Below, one piece after another: positions 19,726-27,790 of a DNA stretch of 64,000 nt (position 1 is its first letter; each line of letters begins with the position of its first letter). The stretch spans positions 79 to 64,078 of the forward strand of contig DASPXJ010000003.1 of NCBI GenBank assembly GCA_035637355.1, in the 5' to 3' direction. The notes below the pieces were generated by a model that saw only the letters and a list, made by a program, of their open reading frames with translations, searched no databases and had not been told where the DNA came from. This stretch comes from Gemmatimonadales bacterium. Its GTDB lineage: Bacteria; Gemmatimonadota; Gemmatimonadetes; Gemmatimonadales; GWC2-71-9. A program made the position numbers and the translations under genes.

Positions 19726-22434
19726 GTGACTGTCCCGGCGGTCTCAGAGCGCGATCTCGCCGTTCTTCGCTCTTTCGCCCGCCGGATCGATCCGTCGGAC
19801 GCCGGGGCGCATAACAACCTCGGCGTTCTCTATTACCAGAAGGGCCTCGTCCCCGAGGCCATCGAGCAGTTCACGCGGGCGCTGGAGCTCGACCCGCGCA
19901 TGCAGGTCGCGCAGCGCAATCTCGAAATCGCGTATCACAACACCGGCTTCTACGACCGGCGCGTCAACGAGCTCCAGGAGCGGCTGCGCCAGGCGCCCGA
20001 CGAGCGTGACGCGCGCTGGGAGCTGGGCCGCACGTACGCGATTCTCGGGGCGCACGAAGAAGCGGTCGCCGAATTCGAGGAGCTGCTGGCGCACAAGTCG
20101 AAGGACGTGGCGTCGATCATTCAGCTCGGGCTCGCCGAGAAATCGCGCGGCCGGCTGGAAATCGCGACCGAATGGTTTCTGCGGGCGGTCGAGGAAGACC
20201 CCGATTCGTCCGTCGTCCACTTCTATCTCGGCGAGGTCTACTACAATCGTGGCTTGAACGAGCCGGCGCTCACCGCGCTGGAGCGCGCGGTGTCGCTCAA
20301 TCCCGACAACGCGAACGCCCATTACCTGATGGCGTTCGTGCTGGGCGACATGGGTCGGCATCAGGACGCGCGCGCCGCGTCGAAGCGCGCGATTCAGCTC
20401 AATCCGCCGCTGGCGCGCGCGCAGACGAATCTCTCGCTGGAACGCTACCGCGCCGAGCGGCAGTCGGCCGAGCAGCGGTTGCGCGAGCAGCCCGCGCCGG
20501 AGGTGGCCGAGGGCAGCGAGCTGGCGCACTACAACCTGGGGCTCGCGTTCCGCCAGCGGGGCTATTACGCGGAGGCGTTGCGCGAGTATCGGCTCGCGAT
20601 CGAGCGCGGCGAGGACCGCCGGCTGGTGCGCCAGGCGATGGCGGAGGTCTACCTCCTGAAGCGGGACTTCACGGACGCCCTCGAGCTGTACGAGTCGCTG
20701 ATCCACGAGGTCCCGGACTCCCCCAAGCTGTGGAACGAGCGCGGCGTCGTCTTGCATCAGGCGGGCCGCCCCGCCGAGGCGTTGACGTCCTACCGGCAGG
20801 CGACGGAGGTCGATCCGCGCTACGCGCTGGCCTGGAACAACGTGGGCGTGGTGCTCGCGCACCAGAGCGACACCGAGGCAGCGATCGAGGCTTTTCGCAA
20901 GGCGTTACAGCTCAGCTCCGTCTTCGTGGGGGCGAGGCTCAATCTGGCATTGCTGCTGACGCATCTGCGCCGCTTCCAGCTGGCCCTCGAAGCCTATCGC
21001 CAGGTGCTCGCCGACCAGCCGGCCTCGGCGCCCGCCTGGAACGGCGTCGGGCTGGTGCTGGTGGAGCTGAAGCGGTTCACCGATGCGCGCAACGCCTTCG
21101 TCCGGGCGGTCGAGGCGGATCCGCACAACGCCGGCGCGCACTACAACCTGAGCTTCACGCTCTCGAATCTCGGGGATTACGACGGCGCGTTGCGCGCCAC
21201 CAAGCGCGCCCTCGAGCTCGATCCCTACTACGTCTCGCAGAAGTTCGCGCTCGCGATCGACCTGCAGTACGAAACGGTGTCGATCGGCATCGTGCCGGAG
21301 ATCTCGGCCGACGTCACCGCCGAGAACCTCGGTGCCGAGTTTGCGTTCGACCAGCGGCTGCTCGACAACATTTTCCAGGAGCTCGAGCCGGCGGCGACGG
21401 CAGCGCAGCCGGCGCCTGCGGGGCTCGCCAAGAAACCCGACGATCCCCTCGCGCTGGCGCGCGACTACGTGAGCAAGGGGATGATGGACCTCGCGGTCGC
21501 CGAAGCGATGCGCGCCGTGCAGCGCGGCGCCGACCGCGGCCAGGCGGCGACGCTGCTGGGCGACATCTACGCGCGGCGCGGGCTGCACGGCGAGGCACTC
21601 GAGCGCTACCGCGAAGCGCGCACGCTGGACGCGGCGAATGCCGGCGCGGCGTTGGGCGAAGTGAAGAGCCTGCTGGCGATGCATCGCTCGGCCGAGGCCC
21701 TGCCGTTGGCCGAGGAGCGCGCCGCCAAGGCGCCGGAAGACGTGGAGGTGCTGGTCGCGGCCGCCAAGGCGCGCGCCGCCACGGGCGATGCGGCGGGCGC
21801 GCTTACCGCGCTGCGGCAGGCGCAAACGCGCGCGCCGGACCGCGCCGACCTCCACAAGCTCCAGGGCGACATCGCCCTCAAGGTCGGGGACCGTCAGGGC
21901 GCGCGGGCGGCGTACCGGTCCGCGCTCGATCTCGACGAGGGCTTCGTCCAGGTCTGGCTCGACCTCGGGCGGCTGCACGAGCAGGACGAAGCATGGCCCG
22001 ACGCGCAGCACGCGTACGAAGCGGCGCTCGACGCCCTCCCCACGTTCCACGAGGCGTCACTGGCGCTCGCCGATCTGCTGCGCCGCTCGGGCAGCGTGCA
22101 CGCGGCCGTGGTGCGGCTGGCGGATATGCTGGAGCAGGATCCCTACGACATGGATGCGCTCCTGCTGCTCGGACGGACGCTGCTCGACGACAAGCGCAAC
22201 GCCGAGGCGCTCGAAGCCTTCCGGCGCGCCCTCAAGTTCGATATCGAGCATACCGGCGCGCTGTTCTACCTCGGCGCGACGCTCGCGCGGCTGCAGCGCT
22301 ACGGCGAGGCGGTCGACGCGTGGGAGCGCGTGACGCGCATCGATCCGGGCGGGCCGTTCGCGCAGCGCGCGCGCCTGCATGCGCGCACCGCGGTCGACCT
22401 GCAACACATCTTCTCCACCTCGGACGCGGCGTAA
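19726..22434 (+). CDS. large tetratricopeptide-repeat protein (902 aa)
   Basis: Repeated A-x3-Y/F...A...L.L.P TPR signatures along the whole length (e.g. AHNNLGVLYYQKGLVPEAIEQFTRALELDP). 3-nt gap after cheC. Confidence 0.75.
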   Translation: MTVPAVSERDLAVLRSFARRIDPSDAGAHNNLGVLYYQKGLVPEAIEQFTRALELDPRMQVAQRNLEIAYHNTGFYDRRVNELQERLRQAPDERDARWELGRTYAILGAHEEAVAEFEELLAHKSKDVASIIQLGLAEKSRGRLEIATEWFLRAVEEDPDSSVVHFYLGEVYYNRGLNEPALTALERAVSLNPDNANAHYLMAFVLGDMGRHQDARAASKRAIQLNPPLARAQTNLSLERYRAERQSAEQRLREQPAPEVAEGSELAHYNLGLAFRQRGYYAEALREYRLAIERGEDRRLVRQAMAEVYLLKRDFTDALELYESLIHEVPDSPKLWNERGVVLHQAGRPAEALTSYRQATEVDPRYALAWNNVGVVLAHQSDTEAAIEAFRKALQLSSVFVGARLNLALLLTHLRRFQLALEAYRQVLADQPASAPAWNGVGLVLVELKRFTDARNAFVRAVEADPHNAGAHYNLSFTLSNLGDYDGALRATKRALELDPYYVSQKFALAIDLQYETVSIGIVPEISADVTAENLGAEFAFDQRLLDNIFQELEPAATAAQPAPAGLAKKPDDPLALARDYVSKGMMDLAVAEAMRAVQRGADRGQAATLLGDIYARRGLHGEALERYREARTLDAANAGAALGEVKSLLAMHRSAEALPLAEERAAKAPEDVEVLVAAAKARAATGDAAGALTALRQAQTRAPDRADLHKLQGDIALKVGDRQGARAAYRSALDLDEGFVQVWLDLGRLHEQDEAWPDAQHAYEAALDALPTFHEASLALADLLRRSGSVHAAVVRLADMLEQDPYDMDALLLLGRTLLDDKRNAEALEAFRRALKFDIEHTGALFYLGATLARLQRYGEAVDAWERVTRIDPGGPFAQRARLHARTAVDLQHIFSTSDAA

Positions 22435-22437
22435 CGC

Positions 22438-23574
22438 ATGACGATCGAAGGACCGCTCCGCGAGCTCGGCATCCACGACGTCTTCCAGCTGCTCGACCTC
22501 AGCCGGAAGACGGGGGCGCTCCGCGTCACCTCGGAGCTGCGCCACAATGAGGGGAAGATCTACTTCGACAACGGCGTCGTCGTCTCGGCGGAGATCCGCA
22601 GCAACCCTCATCCCCTCGGCGCGTTGCTGCTGCGCACCGGCAAGATCGCCGAGGCCGACCTCGAGCGCGCGCGCGACATGCAGCAGCGCCAGGGGGACAA
22701 GCGCCGGCTCGGCGAGATCCTCGTGTCGCTCGGCGTGATCACGCAGCGCGAGGTCGAGCGCCAGGTCCACTTCCAGATCGAGGAAGTCGTCTTCGAGGTG
22801 ATGAGCTGGAACGAAGGCTACTTCTCGTTCGCCGAAGAGGCCGAGAGCAAAGTCCCCACCGAAGTGACGGTCCGCATTCCCGTCGAGGCGCTGCTGATGG
22901 AGGGGGCGCGGCGCATCGACGAGTGGTCGCGCATCGAGAACCGCATTCCCCACATCGGCGTCGTGCCGTCGCTCGCGCCGCCGCCCGAAGGCGGAGGCGG
23001 CGAGCTCGACCTCCTGCCGCCGGAATGGGAAGTGCTCGCGCTGATCGACGGCCAGCGCTCCATCCGCGGGTTGGCGACGGAGCTGGGACGCTCGGACTTC
23101 GAGGTCGCCAAAACGCTGTTCGGTCTCGAGAGTGCCGGCGTCATCGTGCTCATGGACCCCGGGACGTCGAAGCGCGGCCGTCCCACCGGCTCGGCGGACC
23201 TGCCCGAGCTCGTGGCGAAGGCCGAGCGCGCGCTGCAGGCGAAGGATCTGGACGCCGCGCGCGCCGCGGCGGAGCAAGCCGGAAGCATGCAGCCGCACGA
23301 TGCGACCATCCATCTCCTCCTCGGCAGGATTCATCTGGCGCAGGGGCACGGGTCGGCCGCGGCCGAAGAGCTGCGGCGCGCGCTGCGGCTCGATCCGCAG
23401 CTCGCCGCGGCCCACCGCCAGCTGGGTTTCGCGCTCGTGTCGATGGGCCGCTTTGCCGAAGCGGTCGCCAGCTGGGACGAGTGGGAGCGAGTGGCCCGCA
23501 GCCCCGATGAAGAGGCGCAACGATCCGAGGTGAAGCGCGCGCGCGACGCGGCCCGGGTGTTCAGCCATGGCTGA
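22438..23574 (+). CDS. PATAN/DUF4388 domain - TPR protein (paralog 1)
   Basis: N-terminal GPLRELGIHDVFQLLDLSRKTGALRVTS...GKIYFDNGVVVSA matches the DUF4388/PATAN signature. C-terminal TPR repeats. Paralogous to 27790-29406. Confidence 0.7.
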   Translation: MTIEGPLRELGIHDVFQLLDLSRKTGALRVTSELRHNEGKIYFDNGVVVSAEIRSNPHPLGALLLRTGKIAEADLERARDMQQRQGDKRRLGEILVSLGVITQREVERQVHFQIEEVVFEVMSWNEGYFSFAEEAESKVPTEVTVRIPVEALLMEGARRIDEWSRIENRIPHIGVVPSLAPPPEGGGGELDLLPPEWEVLALIDGQRSIRGLATELGRSDFEVAKTLFGLESAGVIVLMDPGTSKRGRPTGSADLPELVAKAERALQAKDLDAARAAAEQAGSMQPHDATIHLLLGRIHLAQGHGSAAAEELRRALRLDPQLAAAHRQLGFALVSMGRFAEAVASWDEWERVARSPDEEAQRSEVKRARDAARVFSHG

Positions 23575-24412
23575 CGACATTCGCGCACTCTCCGCCCAGC
23601 TCGCCCAGGATCCGCAGAGCCTCGTGTTCCTGCGGCTCGGCGAAGCATTGCGCCGCAAGGGCCAGCTCGATGCCGCGCTGCGCGTCGCCATGAATGGGCT
23701 CGAGCGGCATCCGCATCTCGCCGATGCCCACGACTTGTATGCGCGGATCCTCACGGACAAGCACGACTACGAGCGCGCGTTCGACGAATGGGACATGGCG
23801 GTGCGGATCGCGCCCAATCATACCGGTGCGCTGAAGGGACTCGCGTTCCTCTATTTCAAGGTCGGTGACCCGGCGCAAGCGGAAGCGCACCTCGAGAGCG
23901 CGCGGAAAGTCGAGCCGGACGATCCAAGCATCGACCAGGCGATCGCCATGATGCGGAAAGGCGTGAGTCCCCCGGCACCGGAACAAGGCGCCGCCCCTTC
24001 GCCGCCCGCCGCCGCCGCTTCATCCGCCGCCCCTCCCGTCGCTGCTCCGCTCGACGAAGCCCGCGTGTTCGCGGGTCTCGAGGGGGCCCACGAGGGCCTG
24101 CTCCTCATCGACGGCGCCGGCCGCGTCCTCGGTGGGGCATTGCGAAATCGATCGGGGTCCGATGTCACGGATGCCGTCGCCGCCTACCTCGCCGGCGTGT
24201 CGCAGGAAGCCGCGCGCACGGCGAAGCTGCTGGGACTGGGCGCCTGGAACGGCCTGTCGGCGGAAGGGCAGCACGGCAACGTACATCTCGCGCATCCCAC
24301 CCCCGAAGCGCTGCTGCTCGTAGTCCGGGAGCGGGGGATGCCGCTGGGCCGGCTCGCGATTCTCGCGCAGCGCGCGACCACCATGGCGCGTCGCTGGTTG
24401 GAGAAGACGTGA
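23567..24412 (+). CDS. TPR - Roadblock/LC7 fusion protein
   Basis: N-terminal TPR repeats, an Ala/Pro linker, then a C-terminal EGLLLIDGAGRVLGG...ALLLVVRERGMPLGRL pattern typical of the Roadblock/LC7 fold. 8-nt overlap with the upstream gene. Confidence 0.6.
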   Translation: MADDIRALSAQLAQDPQSLVFLRLGEALRRKGQLDAALRVAMNGLERHPHLADAHDLYARILTDKHDYERAFDEWDMAVRIAPNHTGALKGLAFLYFKVGDPAQAEAHLESARKVEPDDPSIDQAIAMMRKGVSPPAPEQGAAPSPPAAAASSAAPPVAAPLDEARVFAGLEGAHEGLLLIDGAGRVLGGALRNRSGSDVTDAVAAYLAGVSQEAARTAKLLGLGAWNGLSAEGQHGNVHLAHPTPEALLLVVRERGMPLGRLAILAQRATTMARRWLEKT

Positions 24413-24756
24413 GCACCGCGCTCGATCTGATCACGCGCGTGCGCGGTGTGCGCGGCGCGATGCTCGTCTCGGCGGATGACGGGATCGTCGTCGCCGAGCA
24501 GCTCATGGAAGGGATCAAAGGCGGCGCTGTCGCCGCGTTGGCCGCGAGCCTGGCGGGCCGGTTGCGCCGGGCGATGGAAGCGGCGGGCACCGGCACGAGC
24601 GTCTTCTGGCATCTGCAGGCGGAGCAGGGCGCGCTCCTGGTGGTGCCGGGAGGAAATGCCGCGGGCGGAATTCTGGTCGTCGCCGTCGCCGAGCCGGACG
24701 TGAACATCGGCCTGGTGCGCCTCGAGCTGCTGCGCGCGGCGGAGTCGGTCGTATGA
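24409..24756 (+). CDS. Roadblock/LC7 domain protein (MglC-like size)
   Basis: 115 aa. VRGAMLVSADDGIVVAE...ALLVVPGG...ILVVAVAEPDVNIGLVRLEL. GTGA overlap upstream and ATGA overlap downstream. Confidence 0.7.
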   Translation: MSTALDLITRVRGVRGAMLVSADDGIVVAEQLMEGIKGGAVAALAASLAGRLRRAMEAAGTGTSVFWHLQAEQGALLVVPGGNAAGGILVVAVAEPDVNIGLVRLELLRAAESVV

Positions 24757-25229
24757 GCCCGCAGACCCGCGCCGTCGAAAGCTGGACGCTGCAACCGCTC
24801 ACCGACTTCGTGCGCGAATCCTCCGTGCGTCTTGTACTGGTACTGACCCCTTCAGGACAGGTGCTGGCGCAGTCCGGGTTCTCGCGCGCCGTCGACGTGA
24901 TGTCCGCAGCAGCGCTCGCCGCGGCGATCGTCGCCTCCACGGGAGAGCTGGCGCGGCAGCTGCGGCAGCCGCCCTTTGCGGCGCTCAGTCATCAGGGTCC
25001 CAAGAACGGGTTCTTTCTGGCCACGCTCACGGCCGACCGCGGGACGCTGGCGGTGCTCGCCGTCTACGATCTCGATGTTTCATCGCTTGGCCTGGTGCAG
25101 TTATTCTATGAGCAACTTGCGGCGGACTTGAAGACGGCGAGCCCAAAGGGCGCAGTCCCGAAGCAGGTGCTGGCCGCGGACTTCGAGCGCGAGCTGACGG
25201 ACAGCCTCAACACGCTGTTTGGGAGATAG
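24753..25229 (+). CDS. mglB: MglB-like Roadblock/LC7 GTPase-activating protein
   Basis: 158 aa, directly upstream of mglA as in the Myxococcus mglBA operon. VRLVLVLTPSGQVLAQSG...VSSLGLVQLFYEQLAADL and the C-terminal LNTLFGR tail resemble, as far as I recall it, MglB (SLGLVRLRIKKASDEL...DNLFSE). Confidence 0.7.
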   Translation: MSPQTRAVESWTLQPLTDFVRESSVRLVLVLTPSGQVLAQSGFSRAVDVMSAAALAAAIVASTGELARQLRQPPFAALSHQGPKNGFFLATLTADRGTLAVLAVYDLDVSSLGLVQLFYEQLAADLKTASPKGAVPKQVLAADFERELTDSLNTLFGR

Positions 25230-25232
25230 CCC

Positions 25233-25835
25233 GTGTCCCTGGTCAACTTCACGAGCCGCGAGATCACGTGCAAAATCGTCTACTACGGGCCGGGACGGTC
25301 CGGAAAGACGACGAATCTCCATTACGTGTATGGGCGCGTGCCCGAGACGCGGCGCGGCCGCATGGTCTCGCTGGCCACGCAGACCGACCGCACGCTGTTC
25401 TTCGACTTCCTGCCGATCGATCTGGGGCAAATCTCCGGCTTTTCGACCCGCTTCCAGCTCTACACGGTGCCCGGCCAGGTTTACTACGATGCCACCCGGC
25501 GGCTCGTACTCCAGGGCGCGGATGGCGTCGTGTTCGTCGGCGACAGCCAGGCGCGGCAGCTGGATGAAAACATCGAAAGCCTGCAGAACCTGCAGAGCAA
25601 TCTCCTGGAGCACGGCGTCGATGTGCGCACCATGCCCCTGGTGATGCAGTACAACAAACAGGATCTGCCGCGGGAGCTGATCCTCACGCAGGCCGAGCTG
25701 GACGACGCGCTCAACTTCCGCAGCGTGCCGAGTTTTGCGGCCGACGCGCTGCACGGCAGAGGCGTGTTCGAGACGCTGAAGGCGATTTCGGAACTGGTCC
25801 TGAAGAAACTCGCGGCCGGGAGCCCGGCGGCATGA
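25233..25835 (+). CDS. mglA: MglA-family Ras-like small GTPase
   Basis: [22 protein letters not shown] (P-loop), [11 protein letters not shown] (switch I with intrinsic Arg), [14 protein letters not shown] (switch II Gln), QYNKQDLP (G4). Near-collinear with M. xanthus MglA as recalled. GTG start. Confidence 0.9.
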   Translation: MSLVNFTSREITCKIVYYGPGRSGKTTNLHYVYGRVPETRRGRMVSLATQTDRTLFFDFLPIDLGQISGFSTRFQLYTVPGQVYYDATRRLVLQGADGVVFVGDSQARQLDENIESLQNLQSNLLEHGVDVRTMPLVMQYNKQDLPRELILTQAELDDALNFRSVPSFAADALHGRGVFETLKAISELVLKKLAAGSPAA

Positions 25836-27790
25836 CCAGCACGCTCAACCCCCGCTTCACCTTCGACACGTTCGTCGTGGGCGCCGCCAACCGTCTGGCC
25901 GTCACCGCCGGGCGGACCGTGGCCGAGAATCCCGGCTCGGCCTACAACCCGCTCTTCATTTATAGTGGCTCCGGACTGGGCAAGACCCACGTGCTCATGG
26001 CCGTCGGTCACGCGGCCAAGGCGCTCGCGACCCAGCTCAACATCGAGTACCTCACGCTCGACGAGTACGTGGAGGCATTCCACGCCGCCATCGCCGCCGG
26101 TCAGGGCGATGCGTTCCGGCGTCGCTTCCAGAACGTGGACGTGCTGCTGGTCGACGACGTCCAGTTCCTGACGAATCGCAAGGAGATGCAGGCCGAGTTG
26201 CTGCGTCTGACGGAGGCGCTGCAGCAGGCGGGGCATCAGATCGTGCTCGCGAGCGACCGGCCGCCGGCCGAGATCGCGGACCTGGACGAGCGGCTGATCT
26301 CCCGCTTCTCGGGCGGGCTGGTCGTCGACATGGGGGTTCCCGATTACGAGACGCGCGTCGCGATTCTGCGGCGCAAGGCGGACGAGCGCGGGACGTCGTT
26401 CCAGCCCGGCGTGCTCGAGACGGTCGCGAAGATCGACTACCCCAACGTGCGCGAGCTCATGGGGGCGCTGAATCGCCTCATCGCCTTCCAGGCCGTGAAT
26501 GACACGCCGATCAATGAAGAAGCCGCGCGAAAAGTGCTCGGCGTTCCGACCGCTGCCTCATCGACCGCCGCCTCATCTACCGCCGCCGCACCTACCGTGG
26601 CCTCATCAGATGAGTTCTCCCAGTTCTTAACGGACGTCACGGTTACCGTCGGTAAAGCGGTCGAGGCGTGGCGCGCGCGCGTGGCGGAGGCGGTGATCCG
26701 GTGGGAGGGGGAAGGCTACCGCACCGGCAGGCTGGAGAAGCTGCTCGACCAGGAAACGCCGGCCGCCGTCGACGAAGCGATCGCCGCCTACGTGCAGGAT
26801 GTGGAGCGGCTCAAGACGCTCGAGGCGGAAGTCGCCGTGCTCGATCCGCAGGCGGCGGGCGAAAAGGCGTTTCGCGATCCCGATCACATGGACGAAGCCG
26901 AAGCTGCCGCGGCGAAGGTGCGGGACGGCGCGGCGCCGCCGCCCGCGCCCTCCGCCGCCTTCCCGCTCGAGACCTACATCGGGGGGTCGTCCAACGAGGT
27001 CGCGCTCAGCGCCGCCCGCGACGCGATCGCCAAGCCGGGGAAGAAATACAACCCTGTCGTCATCGTCGGCCCGAGCGGCCTCGGCAAGACCCACCTGCTC
27101 AACGCCATCGGCCTCGAGCTCGCCCGGAAGAAAAACGCGATCGTCGCCTGCCTCTCCACGCAGCAATTCGTCGACGAGTTGATCGCCGCGATCGACGGCA
27201 ATCGCGTCGACTGGTGGCGCGCCCGTTATCGCCGCGCCACGGCGCTGTTGCTCGACGACATCCAGCTCCTGGCCGGCAAGGATCGGACACAGGAAGAGCT
27301 GTTCAATCTCTTTAACCAATGCATCGACGCGGACCACCAGCTCGTGTTCACCGCGCCCGCCCACCCCAACCGGCTCGAGGGCCTGGAAGAGCGCATCGTC
27401 TCGCGGCTCGAGGGGGGGCTCGTCGTCGAGATTGGCGAGCCCGACAAGGATCTCCGTCGCGGCGTGCTGGAGCGGCTGCTCAGGAATCAGCGCGTGGTGG
27501 TGGAGCCTGCGCTGCTCGATTATCTGGTGGACCGGCCCGCCGATTCGGTACGCAGCCTGACGGGGATGGTGCAGCGGGTGGTGGAAGCGGCGGCGGCGCA
27601 GGACGCGCCCGTGACCGCCGGTCTCGCGCGCGACGTGCTGGAGGGCGCCCCTCCACCCGGAACCCGGCGCACGACCGGGCTGCGCACCAGCGGCATCGTC
27701 GTCTCCAGCGCCGGCGGCGTGCGCAGCCGCGAAAAGATGGTGTGGGACTGGCCCTCGTCCGCTGACCGCGTGATCGAGGATCTCCGCTAA
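25832..27790 (+). CDS. tandem double DnaA-type AAA+ (domain III) protein lacking DnaA domains I/II and IV
   Basis: Module 1: [76 protein letters not shown]. Module 2: [71 protein letters not shown] overlap with the mglA stop. Confidence 0.85.
   Translation: MTSTLNPRFTFDTFVVGAANRLAVTAGRTVAENPGSAYNPLFIYSGSGLGKTHVLMAVGHAAKALATQLNIEYLTLDEYVEAFHAAIAAGQGDAFRRRFQNVDVLLVDDVQFLTNRKEMQAELLRLTEALQQAGHQIVLASDRPPAEIADLDERLISRFSGGLVVDMGVPDYETRVAILRRKADERGTSFQPGVLETVAKIDYPNVRELMGALNRLIAFQAVNDTPINEEAARKVLGVPTAASSTAASSTAAAPTVASSDEFSQFLTDVTVTVGKAVEAWRARVAEAVIRWEGEGYRTGRLEKLLDQETPAAVDEAIAAYVQDVERLKTLEAEVAVLDPQAAGEKAFRDPDHMDEAEAAAAKVRDGAAPPPAPSAAFPLETYIGGSSNEVALSAARDAIAKPGKKYNPVVIVGPSGLGKTHLLNAIGLELARKKNAIVACLSTQQFVDELIAAIDGNRVDWWRARYRRATALLLDDIQLLAGKDRTQEELFNLFNQCIDADHQLVFTAPAHPNRLEGLEERIVSRLEGGLVVEIGEPDKDLRRGVLERLLRNQRVVVEPALLDYLVDRPADSVRSLTGMVQRVVEAAAAQDAPVTAGLARDVLEGAPPPGTRRTTGLRTSGIVVSSAGGVRSREKMVWDWPSSADRVIEDLR

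Noticed and set aside
20172-22550. 792-aa + strand ORF in an alternative frame of the large TPR gene, plus similar ORFs at 3639-4577, 45103-47505, 52454-53437, 55098-55880 and the 40028-41359 part of the murF track ORF
   Set aside because: Their translations are Arg/Ala/Gly/Pro runs without motifs, while the overlapping frame carries clear family signatures.
25832-27790. Considered whether the DnaA-like gene marks the replication origin or is the true initiator dnaA
   Set aside because: It has no domain IV DNA-binding region and no domain I. No dnaN, recF or gyrB lie nearby. I saw no cluster of TTATCCACA-type boxes or AT-rich unwinding element in the flanks, and the gene sits in the middle of an operon.
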